Shown: piece by piece, positions 12,301 through 23,000 of the stretch
Layout: every line of letters starts with the position of its first letter
Numbering within the stretch: the first letter of the stretch is position 1
DNA from: Octopus vulgaris
Taxonomy: Eukaryota
Assembly (NCBI GenBank): GCA_951406725.2
Contig: OX597838.1
Location: 29,636,001 to 29,700,000 of the forward strand
Direction: 5' to 3'
Length of the DNA stretch: 64,000 nt
Translations under genes and position numbers: made by a program
The notes under the pieces: generated by a model
What the model saw: only the letters and a program-made list of their open reading frames with translations
The model's database searches: none
Told to the model about the DNA's origin: nothing

Positions 12301-15300
12301 CTCAGTACTTTGTCATCTCATCTCAAAAGGTTCAATGTCTTCAGATCGTCCTTCAGTACTTCGTTCCATGTCTTCCTGGGTCTCCCTCTTTGATGTGTCC
12401 CATCTAGTTTAAGAGATTGGCACTTCTTTACGGAGATGTCAGCATCCATCTTCTCCAGATGACCAAACCAGCACAATTTCTCTTGCACCCTATCTCTACT
12501 TCCTAAACAAGATAAGCCTAACTTCTCTCTCAATACACTTTGTTGAACATGTACAATTACCAACGTGTTCTGGATGAAAATTTCAACTTGTATGTCGGAA
12601 TACAGAGTAAATGTTTTTTGTTGTTGTTCTGAGTCTTTCTCTCTCTCTCTCTTTTCACAGACGTGTTTTGTGCAATGAGCTAAAGAAAGCAAACATCCCT
12701 ACTCTGTTAATTCTAGATGCTGCTGTGAGGTGAGTATATGAATAATTAGTATGATTTTAATTACTGGCATTAATTATCTTTATGACAATAATCATGTTAT
12801 TAAGGAACTAATGAGTTATGAATAATGCTTAAGTATATATATATGTGTATATATATTTATTTCTTTACTACCCACAAGGGGCTAAACACAGAGGGGACAA
12901 ACAAGGACAGACAAAGGGATTAAGTCTATTACATCGATTCCAGTGCGTAACTAGTACTTAATTTATCGACCCCGAAAGGATGAAAGGCAAAGTCGACCTC
13001 AGCGGAATTTGAACTCGGAACGCAACGACAGACGAAATACGGCTACGAATTTCGTCCGGCGTGCTAACGTTTCTGCCAGCTCGCCACCTTATATATATGT
13101 GTATATATCTATATATGTTTGTATATAATTATCTCTCTCTCTTTGTCTATATCTATGTACAGTCCACGAAGGAGATCCAGAGAATCTCAGTATAAAAGAC
13201 ACTTAGTAGTGCTCACAAAGATTCAAGCTTAGATTCCAAAGTCTTTATAGGGGATTGATTCCACAGGGTAAAGAATGACTATAAGAGGGATCAAGTTGAG
13301 TGGATATAGGGGCAGTTATATATATATATTAACCCTTTAGCATTCAGATCATTCTGTTAAATGAAATGCTTATTTATTTATATGAAATTAATCCTGGATT
13401 ATCTTGTATTTTTGAGATTTTGATGTTATAACTGACATTGTAGGGTAGGTGTGAGAGGCAAGATCTGGCCGGTTTAAATGCTAAAGGGTTAAATATAATA
13501 CTTTGGGCATGAAACACAAAATATAAAATAATAATGAAATTATTGTATACAGTGCTCAGGTGCACCACAACTTGTCAGAGTATGGATGGAAGCACTCCGT
13601 CGGTTACGACGACGAGGGTTCCGGTTGATCCGAATCAACGGAACAGCCTGCTCGTGAAATTAACGTGTAAGTGGCTGAGCACTCCACAGACACGTGTACC
13701 CTTAATGTAGTTCTCGGGGATATTCAGCGTGACACAGAGAGTGACAAGGCCGGCCCCTTGAAATACAGGCACAACAGAAACAGGAAGTAAGAGTGAGAGA
13801 AAGTTGTGGTGAAAGAGTACAGCAGGGATCACCACCATCCCCTGCCGGAGCCTCGTGGAGCTTTAGGCGTTTTCACTCAATAAACACTCACAACGCCCGG
13901 TCTGGGAATCGAAACCGCGATCCTATGACCGCGAGTCCGCTGCCCTAACCACTGGGCCATTGCGCCTCCACACTTGTCAGAGTATATGCAGTAATGTACA
14001 AATGTCTGGAAAGCGAACAATGCATGAGTCAGATACATGCTTGTGTGTGTATGGAGGGGAGGAGAAAATCAGGTGTAGTGTTGGCGAATCTCAGAAAGCA
14101 TGGAAGTCTTGAAGGATGCAGTGCTCCGACAACTAACAACTGATGCCGGCAGTTTGTTCCATGCTTCAGCAACTCTCAGCGTGAAAAAATGTTTCCTGAA
14201 GTCATGGGAGCTGTGCTGTTTTCTGGCTTTGTAAATATGTCCACGGGTGTTAGATGGGTGTATACATGAAGTCGGCTGCTGCGACTTTCCATCTAGATTG
14301 GTGTGCTATTTCTTGCAGAGAATAAGTTTGGAACCCAGACAACTGCAGAAAGCCATCAGAGAAATAGGTCTGACAGCTGAAACTAGCTCAACTATGGTTG
14401 ATAAGAGACCACAAATGGAGCCCATCAATAGGTAAAGACTAGCTCAAGTCCTCGCTGCCCCACTCAGGCGAAGCGTATACACTAAAGGGTGAAATGCGGT
14501 TCTATATTTAAGAGATGAGGAATTATGTACGTTGTTTACATTTGACGGATATTTGTCCTCATCTTGTTTGTTGTTAACACAACAATTTGGCTGATATACC
14601 CTCCAGCGTTCATCAGGTGTCTTGGGGGAATTTCGAACCTGGGCATATGGCTTAGTGGTTAAGAGCGCGGGCTACTAACCCCAAGATTCTGAGTTCGATT
14701 CCAGGCAGTGACCTGAATAATAATAATAATAACAACATCGAAAAATACCTTAGGAATGAGAACCCAGGTTCGAAATTTCCCCAAGACACCTGATGAAGGC
14801 TGGAGGGCGTATCAGCCGAAACGGTGTGTCAACAACAAACAAGATGAGGACAAATATCCATGCAATGTAAATAATATAAAGGGTGAAATGTTTGTGACCC
14901 CGAGACACCTACTGCTGAGATGGAAAGGTTTCCAGCATTGCATTAGATTTAGAAGAGCTTGCAAAACCTCTCAGTAGCTCTTGCAGTTTTTGAATGGGGC
15001 AGACCATCTTTCATGTTTATTTTACCTGTGTGCACCTGTATTCTTTTACAGTTCTGTCATGCCAGATGTTGATCTGGTTCTTGTTGGTGCTGAAAGTGTT
15101 GTAGAAAGTGGTGGAATCATCAACAGGGTAATGTATTGCTTTTTTCCTCTTTTCTTTCTTTCTTTTTTTTTTTTTTTTTACCAATTCTTAGTTGTCTTTT
15201 ATTTGTTAGATGAATCAGATGGAGTCATGCTATGTCCTCTCTCTGCCTGCTCTAACCCTACTACAGTGGCCTCTGCTCATCGGAACTACATCTTGATTAT

Positions 15301-18300
15301 ATTAAACCTTTAACATTTAAACGAATCATGCTTGGCTTAAATATTCTACCTGTTTTATGTTCAGACTGGCCAGATGTGGCCTCTCACACCTATCTACAAT
15401 GTCCTTCTAAAATTACACAATCACATCATCAAAATCTCAAAACTGTGAAATAATACATAATTAATGCAAAACAATGTAAATAAATAAATATTACATTTGA
15501 CAGAATAATCTGAATGCTAAAGGGTTAAAAATTAATTAAAATACAATAAGCAGTGTATCCGTTAAGAAATAGTGGCACGTAAAAAGCATCATCCGTATGT
15601 GGCCGATGCCAGCCCCGCCTTGGCTGGCTTCTGTGTTGGTGGCACATAAAAACCACCAACTGATTGTGGTCATTGCCGGCCTCCCTTGGCGCCTGTGCAG
15701 GTGGTACGTAAAAAGCACCATCCGTATGTGGTCGATGCCAGCGCCACCTTGACTGGCTTCCATGCCGGTGGCATGTAAAAAGCACCAACCAATCGTGGCC
15801 GTTGCCAGCCTCTCCTGGCACCTGTGCTGGGGGCACGTAAAAAGCACCCACTACACTCACGGAGTGGTTGGTGTTAGGAAGGGCATCCAGCTGTAGAAAC
15901 ACTGCCAGATCAGACTGGAGCCAGGTGCAGCCTCCTGGCTTCCCAGACCCCGGTCGAACCGTCCAACCCATGCTAGCATGGAAAACAGACGTTAAATGAT
16001 GATGATTTCATGATTTTTTTTCTTTTATATATTTACTAGCAGTATCGCCCGGCGTTGCTCAGGTTTGTAAGGGAAATAACTATAAAGCATTTTTAGAGAG
16101 TTATAGCCAAAAAATAGCAAAAAAATGGAAAAAAATTATGGTAAATTTTTTTTTGAGAGTTAAAAAAGGATGGAGTTGCGTCCCCTAGACAGCTTGTGGT
16201 TCGTGTTTCTGATTCTGGACCCCATGTCGAATTTATCAATTTTTTTCAGAACTGGGGGAACTTTTCAAAATTTTGGCTGCGTTAGTTTTGAATTATGACA
16301 TTGGGCTATGTGTGTGTCAAGTTTCATCAGAATCGGTTGAAAGCCGTGGTCAGGGTGAGGGTACAAGCAAACAGACACACAGAAACACGCACAGACAAAC
16401 TGCCGTTTATATATAGAGAGATTTATGATGACCATTTCTTTTCATTGAATTTCTAGATTGGTACCTTCAACATTGCTCTTGCTGCCAAAGCCTTCAACAA
16501 ACCTGTTTATGTCGTGGCCGAATTCTTCAAGTTTGCTCGGTTCTTCCCCCTCACTCAAAAAGACCTCCCCAAGAAATTTGAAGTAAGTCTATTTCCAGAT
16601 CGGCACACTTCACCCCCCTTTTTTTTTTTTTGTCAATTAGTTTTTGTTGTTTAATTCCATGTCAGCTTTAAGATCTGATAAATGTATAATGATAGGTTGT
16701 TCCAACCAGGGCCATCCATAAAAGAAAGAAACAGAAATTTCTAGCTAGAATGATAACACTGCCAAAAAGGTGCAGATGTGGTTTTGGGTTCCATCCTGCT
16801 GTGTGGCACCTTGTCCAGTTGTTTTCTGTTGTATCCTAGAGCTGACTAAAGCCTTGTGAGTAGATTTGGTAAATGGAAACTGAAAGAAGCCCATTGTATA
16901 TGTGTCCTTGTCTTGAGATTGCACAAAAGTTGTAAATGCACATCACTGCCATCTGTTTCCAATATGCTGCAAAAACATGTCGGGCCATGGGGGAATATTA
17001 CCTTGACTTGAAACAGATGAGGGTTAACTACAGAAAGAGTATCTGGCTGTAGAAAATCTGCCTCATCGAATTCCATCTGACCCATGCATGCATGGGAAAA
17101 TAGTTGATGTTTTTTATTTCTTTATTGCCCACAAGGGGCTAAACATAGAGGGGACAAACAAGGACAGACAAACGGATTAAGTCATTTATATCGACCCCAG
17201 TGCGTAACTGGTACTTAATTTATCGACCCCGAAAGGATGAAAGGCAAAGTCAACCTTGGCGGAATTTGAACTCAGAATGTAGTGACACAAAATACCGCTA
17301 AGCATTTCGCCTGGTATGCTAACGTTTCTTATTTCTTTATTGCCCACAGGGGGCTAAACATAGAGGGGACAAACAAAGGGATTAAGTTGATTGCATCAAT
17401 CCCAGTGCGTAACTGGTACTTAATTTATCAACACACCACAGAGTGGGCTGAGTGCTATTTACGTGGCACTCGCACAGACAAGGTCAGTTTTGGTGGGGTT
17501 TTTTACAGCTGGATGCCTTTCCAAATGCCAACCAGTTTACATTGTGGACTGGGTGCTTTTAAGTGGCACCTACACTGGTTGGGGTCACCAAGTGACTTTG
17601 CAAGAAAAAGAGTCTTTGAGAGGAAAGTGGGGCATTGGAGGAAGGAATCTTGTTGCATAACAAAATACTGCATCCCTACAAGTCCTTATTACTTATAAAT
17701 CTTCTATAAATACATAAAAACCCCTTGGGTATAATTTATATAAATTTGTGTTTGTGTGAATTTGTAAATACACATTTATAAATTTCTTTGGCCATTTGTG
17801 CATGTGATGTGTAGTGTATGAATAGAAGACATTTAGAAGAAATTTAGGAGTGGCTGTGTGGTAAGTAGCTTGCTTACCAACCACATGGTTCCGGGTTCAG
17901 TCCAACTGCATGGCACCTTAGGCAAGTGTCTGCTACTATAGCCTTGGGCCGACCAAAGCCTTGTGAGTTGATTTGGTAGATGGAAACTGAAAGAAGTCCG
18001 TCGTATATATGTATATATATATGTGTATATGTGTTTGTATGTCTGTGTTTGTCCCCCCAACATCGCTTGACAGCCGATGCTGGTGTGTTTACGTCCCCGT
18101 CACTTAGCGGATCGGCAAAAGAGACCGATGGAATAAGTACTAGGCTTACAAGAATAAGTCCTGGGGTCGACTTGTTCGACTAAAGGCAGTGCCCTGGCAT
18201 GGCCGCAGTCAAATGACTGAAACAAGTAAAAGAGTATATGGTGATGATGCTCTGCCGATTATGCCACGCCCTTGTAACCTGTAGGTTTTTCTTTTTCCTG

Positions 18301-18478
18301 CTAATATTTGTTTTCTTATTCTTCATTTCAGTACAAAGCATCCTTGGAAAATGACACGGATTTGAAACATCCGGCAGTTGACTATACTCCCCCCAATTAC
18401 ATGACACTGTTGTTCACAGATCTTGGAATCTTATTACCATCGGCCGTTAGTGACGAACTTATTAAACTTTACAGCTAA
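3391..18478 (+). CDS. EIF2B1: Translation initiation factor eIF2B subunit alpha, complete, 9 exons, 301 aa
   Basis: Exons 3391-3406, 6614-6715, 7492-7631, 9518-9634, 10930-11042, 12661-12729, 15052-15127, 16457-16582, 18332-18478 (906 nt, in frame, GT-AG). Motifs [71 protein letters not shown]. Confidence 0.97.
6741..7018. mobile_element. Cluster of H1 hammerhead-repeat copies (one inverted, two direct, damaged)
   Basis: Minus copy CTGATGAAGGCTG..CAGCCGAAATGTT at about 6741-6790; plus copies near 6841 (truncated after CTGATGAAGGCTG) and 6940 (core reads CCAAAAGA). Confidence 0.7.
7019..7416 (-). mobile_element. 5'-truncated RTE-clade LINE with target-site duplication
   Basis: Open frame 7377-7051 with [38 protein letters not shown] (RTE C-terminus); TGTCAAATGT duplicated at 7009-7018 and 7417-7426. 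Confidence 0.85.
10340..10810. repeat. Diverged tandem repeat, about 5 units of roughly 100 bp
   Basis: Recurring GGAGATTTTGGCTGCTATTTCTAGCAG..CAA(A/G)TG(A/G)C..AGCAACCAA. Confidence 0.7.
11433..11588. mobile_element. hAT-like MITE
   Basis: TIR CAGGGGTGGACTG / CAGTCCACCCCTG; flanks AGTTGACC and ACTTGAAC (6/8 match, decayed 8-bp TSD). Confidence 0.7.
12300..12545 (-). mobile_element. RTE LINE 3' remnant
   Basis: [34 protein letters not shown]; related piece near 25900-26060 plus. Confidence 0.75.
13333..13488. mobile_element. piggyBac-like MITE
   Basis: TTAA|CCCTTTAGCATT..AATGCTAAAGGG|TTAA; relatives near 15305-15525, 47135-47350, 51480-51560. Confidence 0.8.
13584..13971 (-). mobile_element. 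Full-length tRNA-derived SINE (family D) inserted in a CR1-like 3' end
   Basis: Head TGGCCCAGTGG..GGTTTCGATTCCC on minus; 14-bp TSD ACTTGTCAGAGTAT at 13570-13583 and 13972-13985. Confidence 0.85.
13986..14250 (-). mobile_element. CR1/L2-like LINE 3' remnant
   Basis: Minus strand reads [31 protein letters not shown], the typical CR1-group ORF2 C-terminus. Confidence 0.7.
14497..14876 (+). mobile_element. Composite non-autonomous retroelement: inverted 3' fragment + tRNA-like head + hammerhead (H1) tail
   Basis: 14-bp direct repeat TAAAGGGTGAAATG at 14483-14496 and 14877-14890; A box TGGCTTAGTGG 14648-14658; B box GTTCGATTCC 14693-14702; hammerhead fold 14785-14830; inverted copy of the tail at 14497-14643. 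Confidence 0.75.
15570..16005 (+). mobile_element. Repeat family C (GGAAGGGCATCCAGCTGTAGAAAC..(GAT)n tail) with internal roughly 60-bp tandem units
   Basis: Same motif set near 750-1170, 1875-2050, 9680-9945, 11650-12300, 28730-29100, 35130-35660, 36120-36575, 54190-54530. Confidence 0.75.
16034..16421 (+). mobile_element. Non-autonomous Helitron/Helentron-like element
   Basis: Starts ACTAGCAGTATCGCCCGGCGTTGCTC, has AAGTTTCATCAGAATCGGTT, an ACAG-rich microsatellite and ends TTTATATATAGAGAGAT in a T-rich site; resemblance to HINE-type elements from memory. Confidence 0.55.
17845..18235 (+). mobile_element. tRNA-derived SINE family A (most abundant repeat), representative copy
   Basis: GGAGTGGCTGTGTGGTAAG..GGTTCAGTCC head, central (TA/TG)n, GACTGAAACAAGTAAAAGAG tail; other copies near 3910-4260, 22481-22820, 23605-23870, 36990-37375, 47445-47890, 51100-51460, 63075-63520. 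Confidence 0.85.
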
Positions 18479-18524
18479 ACTAAATTAAAAGTTTTAAAAA
18501 GAAAACAGAAAAGAAAAGGACACC

Positions 18525-18530
18525 AATAAA
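18525..18530 (+). promoter_or_regulatory. Probable EIF2B1 polyadenylation signal
   Basis: AATAAA about 47 nt after the TAA stop. Confidence 0.6.
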
Positions 18531-19074
18531 ACTTATTTTAATAACATTTGAGAAACTGAGTTCTTTCCATCACAGAAAACAGAAGTGATTTTGCAACATT
18601 GTGTGTTTGTGAGTAGGTAAAGGTTAGCAACAGGAAAGGCATCCAACCATAACCCCAAAATAGGCTTCAAATTTTGGCACAAGGCCAGCAAATTTTGGGG
18701 AAGGGGTTAAGCTGAAACCTATTTTGGGGTTATGGTTGGATGCCTTTCCTGTTGCTAACCTTCTGTTAAACGTCTGTTTTCCATGCTGGCATGGGTTGGA
18801 TGGTTTGATATGAGTTGGCAAGCCAGGGAGCTGCACCAGGTACCAATAGTTTCTGTTTTGACATGGTTTCTATGGCTCGATGCCCTTCCTAACGCCAACC
18901 AATTTACATTGTTGTCCTGAGTACATCATGTGTGGCGCTGCTTCTGGTAGCTCTATAAGAGGTACCAGCGTGGGTGCTTTTCATCTGGCTCCAGCACAAT
19001 CTTTGTTTGTCGAATCACTTTGTGGTTCAAAAAAGATCATCAAAATAAGAACCTGAAAAACAAATGCTGTTTGT

Positions 19075-19870
19075 GAGTGCCTGTGTGGTAAGTAGCTTGC
19101 TTACGAACCACATGGTTCCGGGTTCAGTCCCACTGCGTGGCACCTTGGGCAAGTGTCTTCTACTATAGCCTTGGGCCAACCAAAGCCTTGAGTGGATTTG
19201 GTAGATGGAAACTGAAAGAAGCCCATCATATATATATATATAGGTGCAGGAGTGGCTGCGTGGTAAGTGGCTTGCTTACAAACCACAGGGTTCCGGGTTC
19301 AGTCCCACTGCGTGGCACCTTGGGCAAGTGTCTTCTACTATAGCCTCGGGCCGACCAATGCCTTGTGAGTGGATTTGGTAGACGGAAACTGAAAGAAGCC
19401 TGTCGTATATATGTATATATATGTATGTGTGTGTCTGTGTTTGTTCCCCTAGCATTGCTTGACAACCGATGCTGGTGTGTTTACATCCCCGTTACTTAGC
19501 GGTTCGGCAAAAAGAGACCGATAGAATAAGTACTGGGCTTACAAAAAGAATAAGTCCCGGGGTCAAGTTGCTCGACTAAAAGGCGGTGCTCCAGCATGGC
19601 CGCAGTCAAATGACAAACAAGTAAATGAGTAAAAGAGAGTAAAGAGTATATATATATGTTTGTGTATCTGTGTTTGTCCCCACTAACATTGCTTGACAAC
19701 CGATGCTGGTGTGTTTACGTCCCCGTAACTTAGCAGTTCGGCAAAAGAGACCGATAGAATGAGTACTAGGCTTACAAAGAATAAGTCCTCAGGTCGATTT
19801 GCTCGATCAAAGGCAGTGCTCCAGCATGGTCACAGTCACATGGCTGAAACAAGTGAAAGAGAGTAAAGAG
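19075..19870 (+). mobile_element. Tandem cluster of family A SINEs between the convergent EIF2B1 and TADA2A 3' ends
   Basis: Two 5' halves followed by two 3' halves of the same SINE. Confidence 0.8.
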
Positions 19871-20092
19871 TGCCTGTATGTCTTCGACTTCACAGTTTGA
19901 CAAATAAAGAACAATAAAATAAGAACTGTTAGTACTAAACTGAAGAAGGCAAAGCCCCAGCATGGCCGTAATCCAGTGACTCAAAATCAGTAAAAGAATA
20001 AAGTAAAAATTAAACAAAGAGAGGCATGAAAAAATATATAAACTATTTATCTTTAGCAAAAAAAAAGTTATTTTTCAAAAACCACAAAATTT

Positions 20093-23000
20093 TCAGGGTG
20101 GGGCTTTTTTAATGATATTTTCTTGCACCAAAAAGTCATATAATTTCCTGGTTTTGTTGACATCAATTTTGATTAATGTCCTGGCTTGGGCCAACTTGAG
20201 GCTTCCTTCAAACTTTTGGCTCTCCTGCTGCAGGAGACGTTTAAATTCCAAATAAGCGTCCGGTACGAGTCGTACAACTGCACAAAGCTGAAAATTGTAA
20301 AGAGGGGGGAAAAGAAAATTACAATTAAAATAAAAATTATGAGAGAGAGAGAGAGACTTCATTTGGAAAAAGATTCACATACTTTAAGAGTTTACATTTT
20401 TTCCCCTCTATTTAGTTGCTCAACATGCTAGAAATAGATACAAAATCTCCCTCAAATTACATAAGGTGTAATTTGAGGGAGATTTTGTATTGAAGAAGTG
20501 GCTCAAAGAACAGTCAACAGAGTTTTACAGGGTAGAGATACATGCTCTCATTCGAAGGTGGAACATTGCTATTGAGAAGTAGGGATGTGATCCACGGAGG
20601 ACCAGCTTCATTTTGATGTATGATACATGTTCCTGTGTCGATAATTATACCTGTCCTAAACAAAATGGCATTACTTTTTGACTTGTCCTCGTAGTTGGCA
20701 CAACTAAAAGGATGAAAGGCAAAGTCGACCTTGGTGGGAGTTGAACTCAGAAATGTAAGACCAAGATGAAATGCCACTAAGCATTTTGCCTAGCATGTTA
20801 ATGATTCTGCCAGCTCACCACAATACTAATAATAATAATAATTGTCTTGGTATAAAAGATGGGCTACAGTAAATATTCTGCTCAATACCACAGATTTGCT
20901 TGTCAGTTGTTTGACCTTAACCAGTTGAGCATGTCCCTTAGTGGCTGATGCATCTCTGATCACAAGCAGAAGTAGTGGGGGAGCATCATAGCCATGTGTT
21001 GAGAGGGATTCTTTGGGGTTTGAATAATTCACCTCTGGAAACATGGGTGGTTTTTTCAACATCCTTAAACAACCCTTATTCAGGGACCGTTTGAGCGGGA
21101 TGGGCTACTCAACCTGAAGAAAATTCTAACTGGGGCCCCACCTGCAAGGTCATGTACTGTTTATCTTGATATGAGATCACCATGTCGCGCACATATGGTT
21201 GTGATGCATGTGCCTGGTGTACCTTTATCAGACGGGTAGTCATGATAGGTATATTGGGCTTCGTATATTTTACCCCAGTGTCACTTTGATGGCATGAACT
21301 GCTCTCTCAATTTAAAGACTCCGCCGGTTATGACGACGAGGGTCCCAGCTGATACGATCAACGGAACAGCTTGCTCGTGAAATTAACGTTCAAATGGCTG
21401 AGCATTCCACAGACACGCGTACCCTTAACGTAGTTCTCGGGGATAATCAGCGTGACACAGAGAGTGACAAGGCTGACCCTTTGAAATACAAGTACAACTC
21501 ATTTTTGCCAGCTGAGTGGACTGGAGCAACGTGAAATAAAGTGTCTTGCTCAAGGACACAACGCGTCGCCGGGAATCGAACTCACAACCTTACGATCATG
21601 AGCCGAATGCCCTAACCACTAAGCCACGCGCCCTCACTCTGCTCTCTCAATAATAATAATACCAACAACAACAACAACAACAATGACAAATAATTGAATT
21701 CCTACTTCTTTTTCTTTTGGCAATAACTTGTCATAACCAGGCAGACCCGTGATTTCGAGAGGAGGGGCTGAACGGCGAGCTGAAAAATTAAGAAAAAAAT
21801 ATAAGATTTTGTTGTTAAAATTTATTTGCTATACACAAAATATTTAAATTTTTTTATACAATTCCTAATAATATTCTTTTGTACTCTAGGCACAAGGCCC
21901 GAAATTTTTGGGGAGGTGGGGGAGGGGGTGACCCCAGTACACAAATAGTACTTAATTTATCGACCCCCAAAAGAATGAAAGGCAAAGTCGACCTCGGTGG
22001 AATTTGAACTCAGAACGTAAAGACAGATGAAATACCGCTAAGCATTTCACCCGGTGTGCTAACGGTTCTGCCAGCTCGCCACCTTAATTCCTAATATTAT
22101 TGAATCATAAAAACATCAAATGGCTCTGAGTAGAAGAGGGATGAAAGGGGTCCAAAGGTAACAAAAAATGGTTGGGAACCACTGAATTACATCGTTTTGA
22201 AATAGGAAGAGATTGTCTCAAAAAATCAGGGTTGGTATCAAAAAGGTTAATTAAATTAATTCGGCAAGGTACAGCTGTCACAAAATAAACAAAACCAAAA
22301 TTGAAAATGAATTTAAATCGCAATGGAAGGAGGGTGACTTACGAGCTGTCGGCAAAGCAACGTTTTGGCCTTTTGAAATGTGCTCCAGCACGGCCTGTCT
22401 CTGTAAGAAAGTCTTGCAGGCTGCATCATTCTGGAACCAGAAACAGGAAAAAAAATACCATTAGAATATTTTGACAAACTAGGCGCAGGAGTGGCTGTGT
22501 GGTAAGTAGCTTGCTAACCAACCACATGGTTCCTGGTTCAGTCCCACTGCGTGGCATCTTGGGCAAGTGTCTTCTGCTATAGCCCCGGGCCGACCAAAGC
22601 CTTGTGAGTGGATTTGGTAGACGGAAACTGAAAGAAGCCCGTCGTATATATGTATGTATATATATGTGTGTGTGTTTGAGTGTCTGTGTTTGTCCCCCCT
22701 AACATTGTTTGACAACCAATGCTGGTGTGTGTACTGGGCTTACAAAGAATAAGTCCCGGGGAGATTAAAAGGTGGTGCACCAGCATGGCCGCAGTCAAAA
22801 TGACTGAAACAAGTAAAAAGAAAAAAAACCAACAAAAAAACTCATAAACAAATGTATCTCCTCGCTTTCCCTTCACAGGATTTGAAGACTGGAATGTAAT
22901 GCGCCATGAAGGGCTGGACGATTTGAAACTTGTAGAAGATAGAGAGAAAATGATGTTCTTGCAACTCAATTGTAAACAATAGCCTCATTGTAGGATTGAA

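Noticed and set aside
14641-14713. Functional tRNA-Ser(ACT) gene
   Set aside because: Acceptor and T stems pair poorly, there is no long variable arm, and it sits inside a TSD-flanked insertion.
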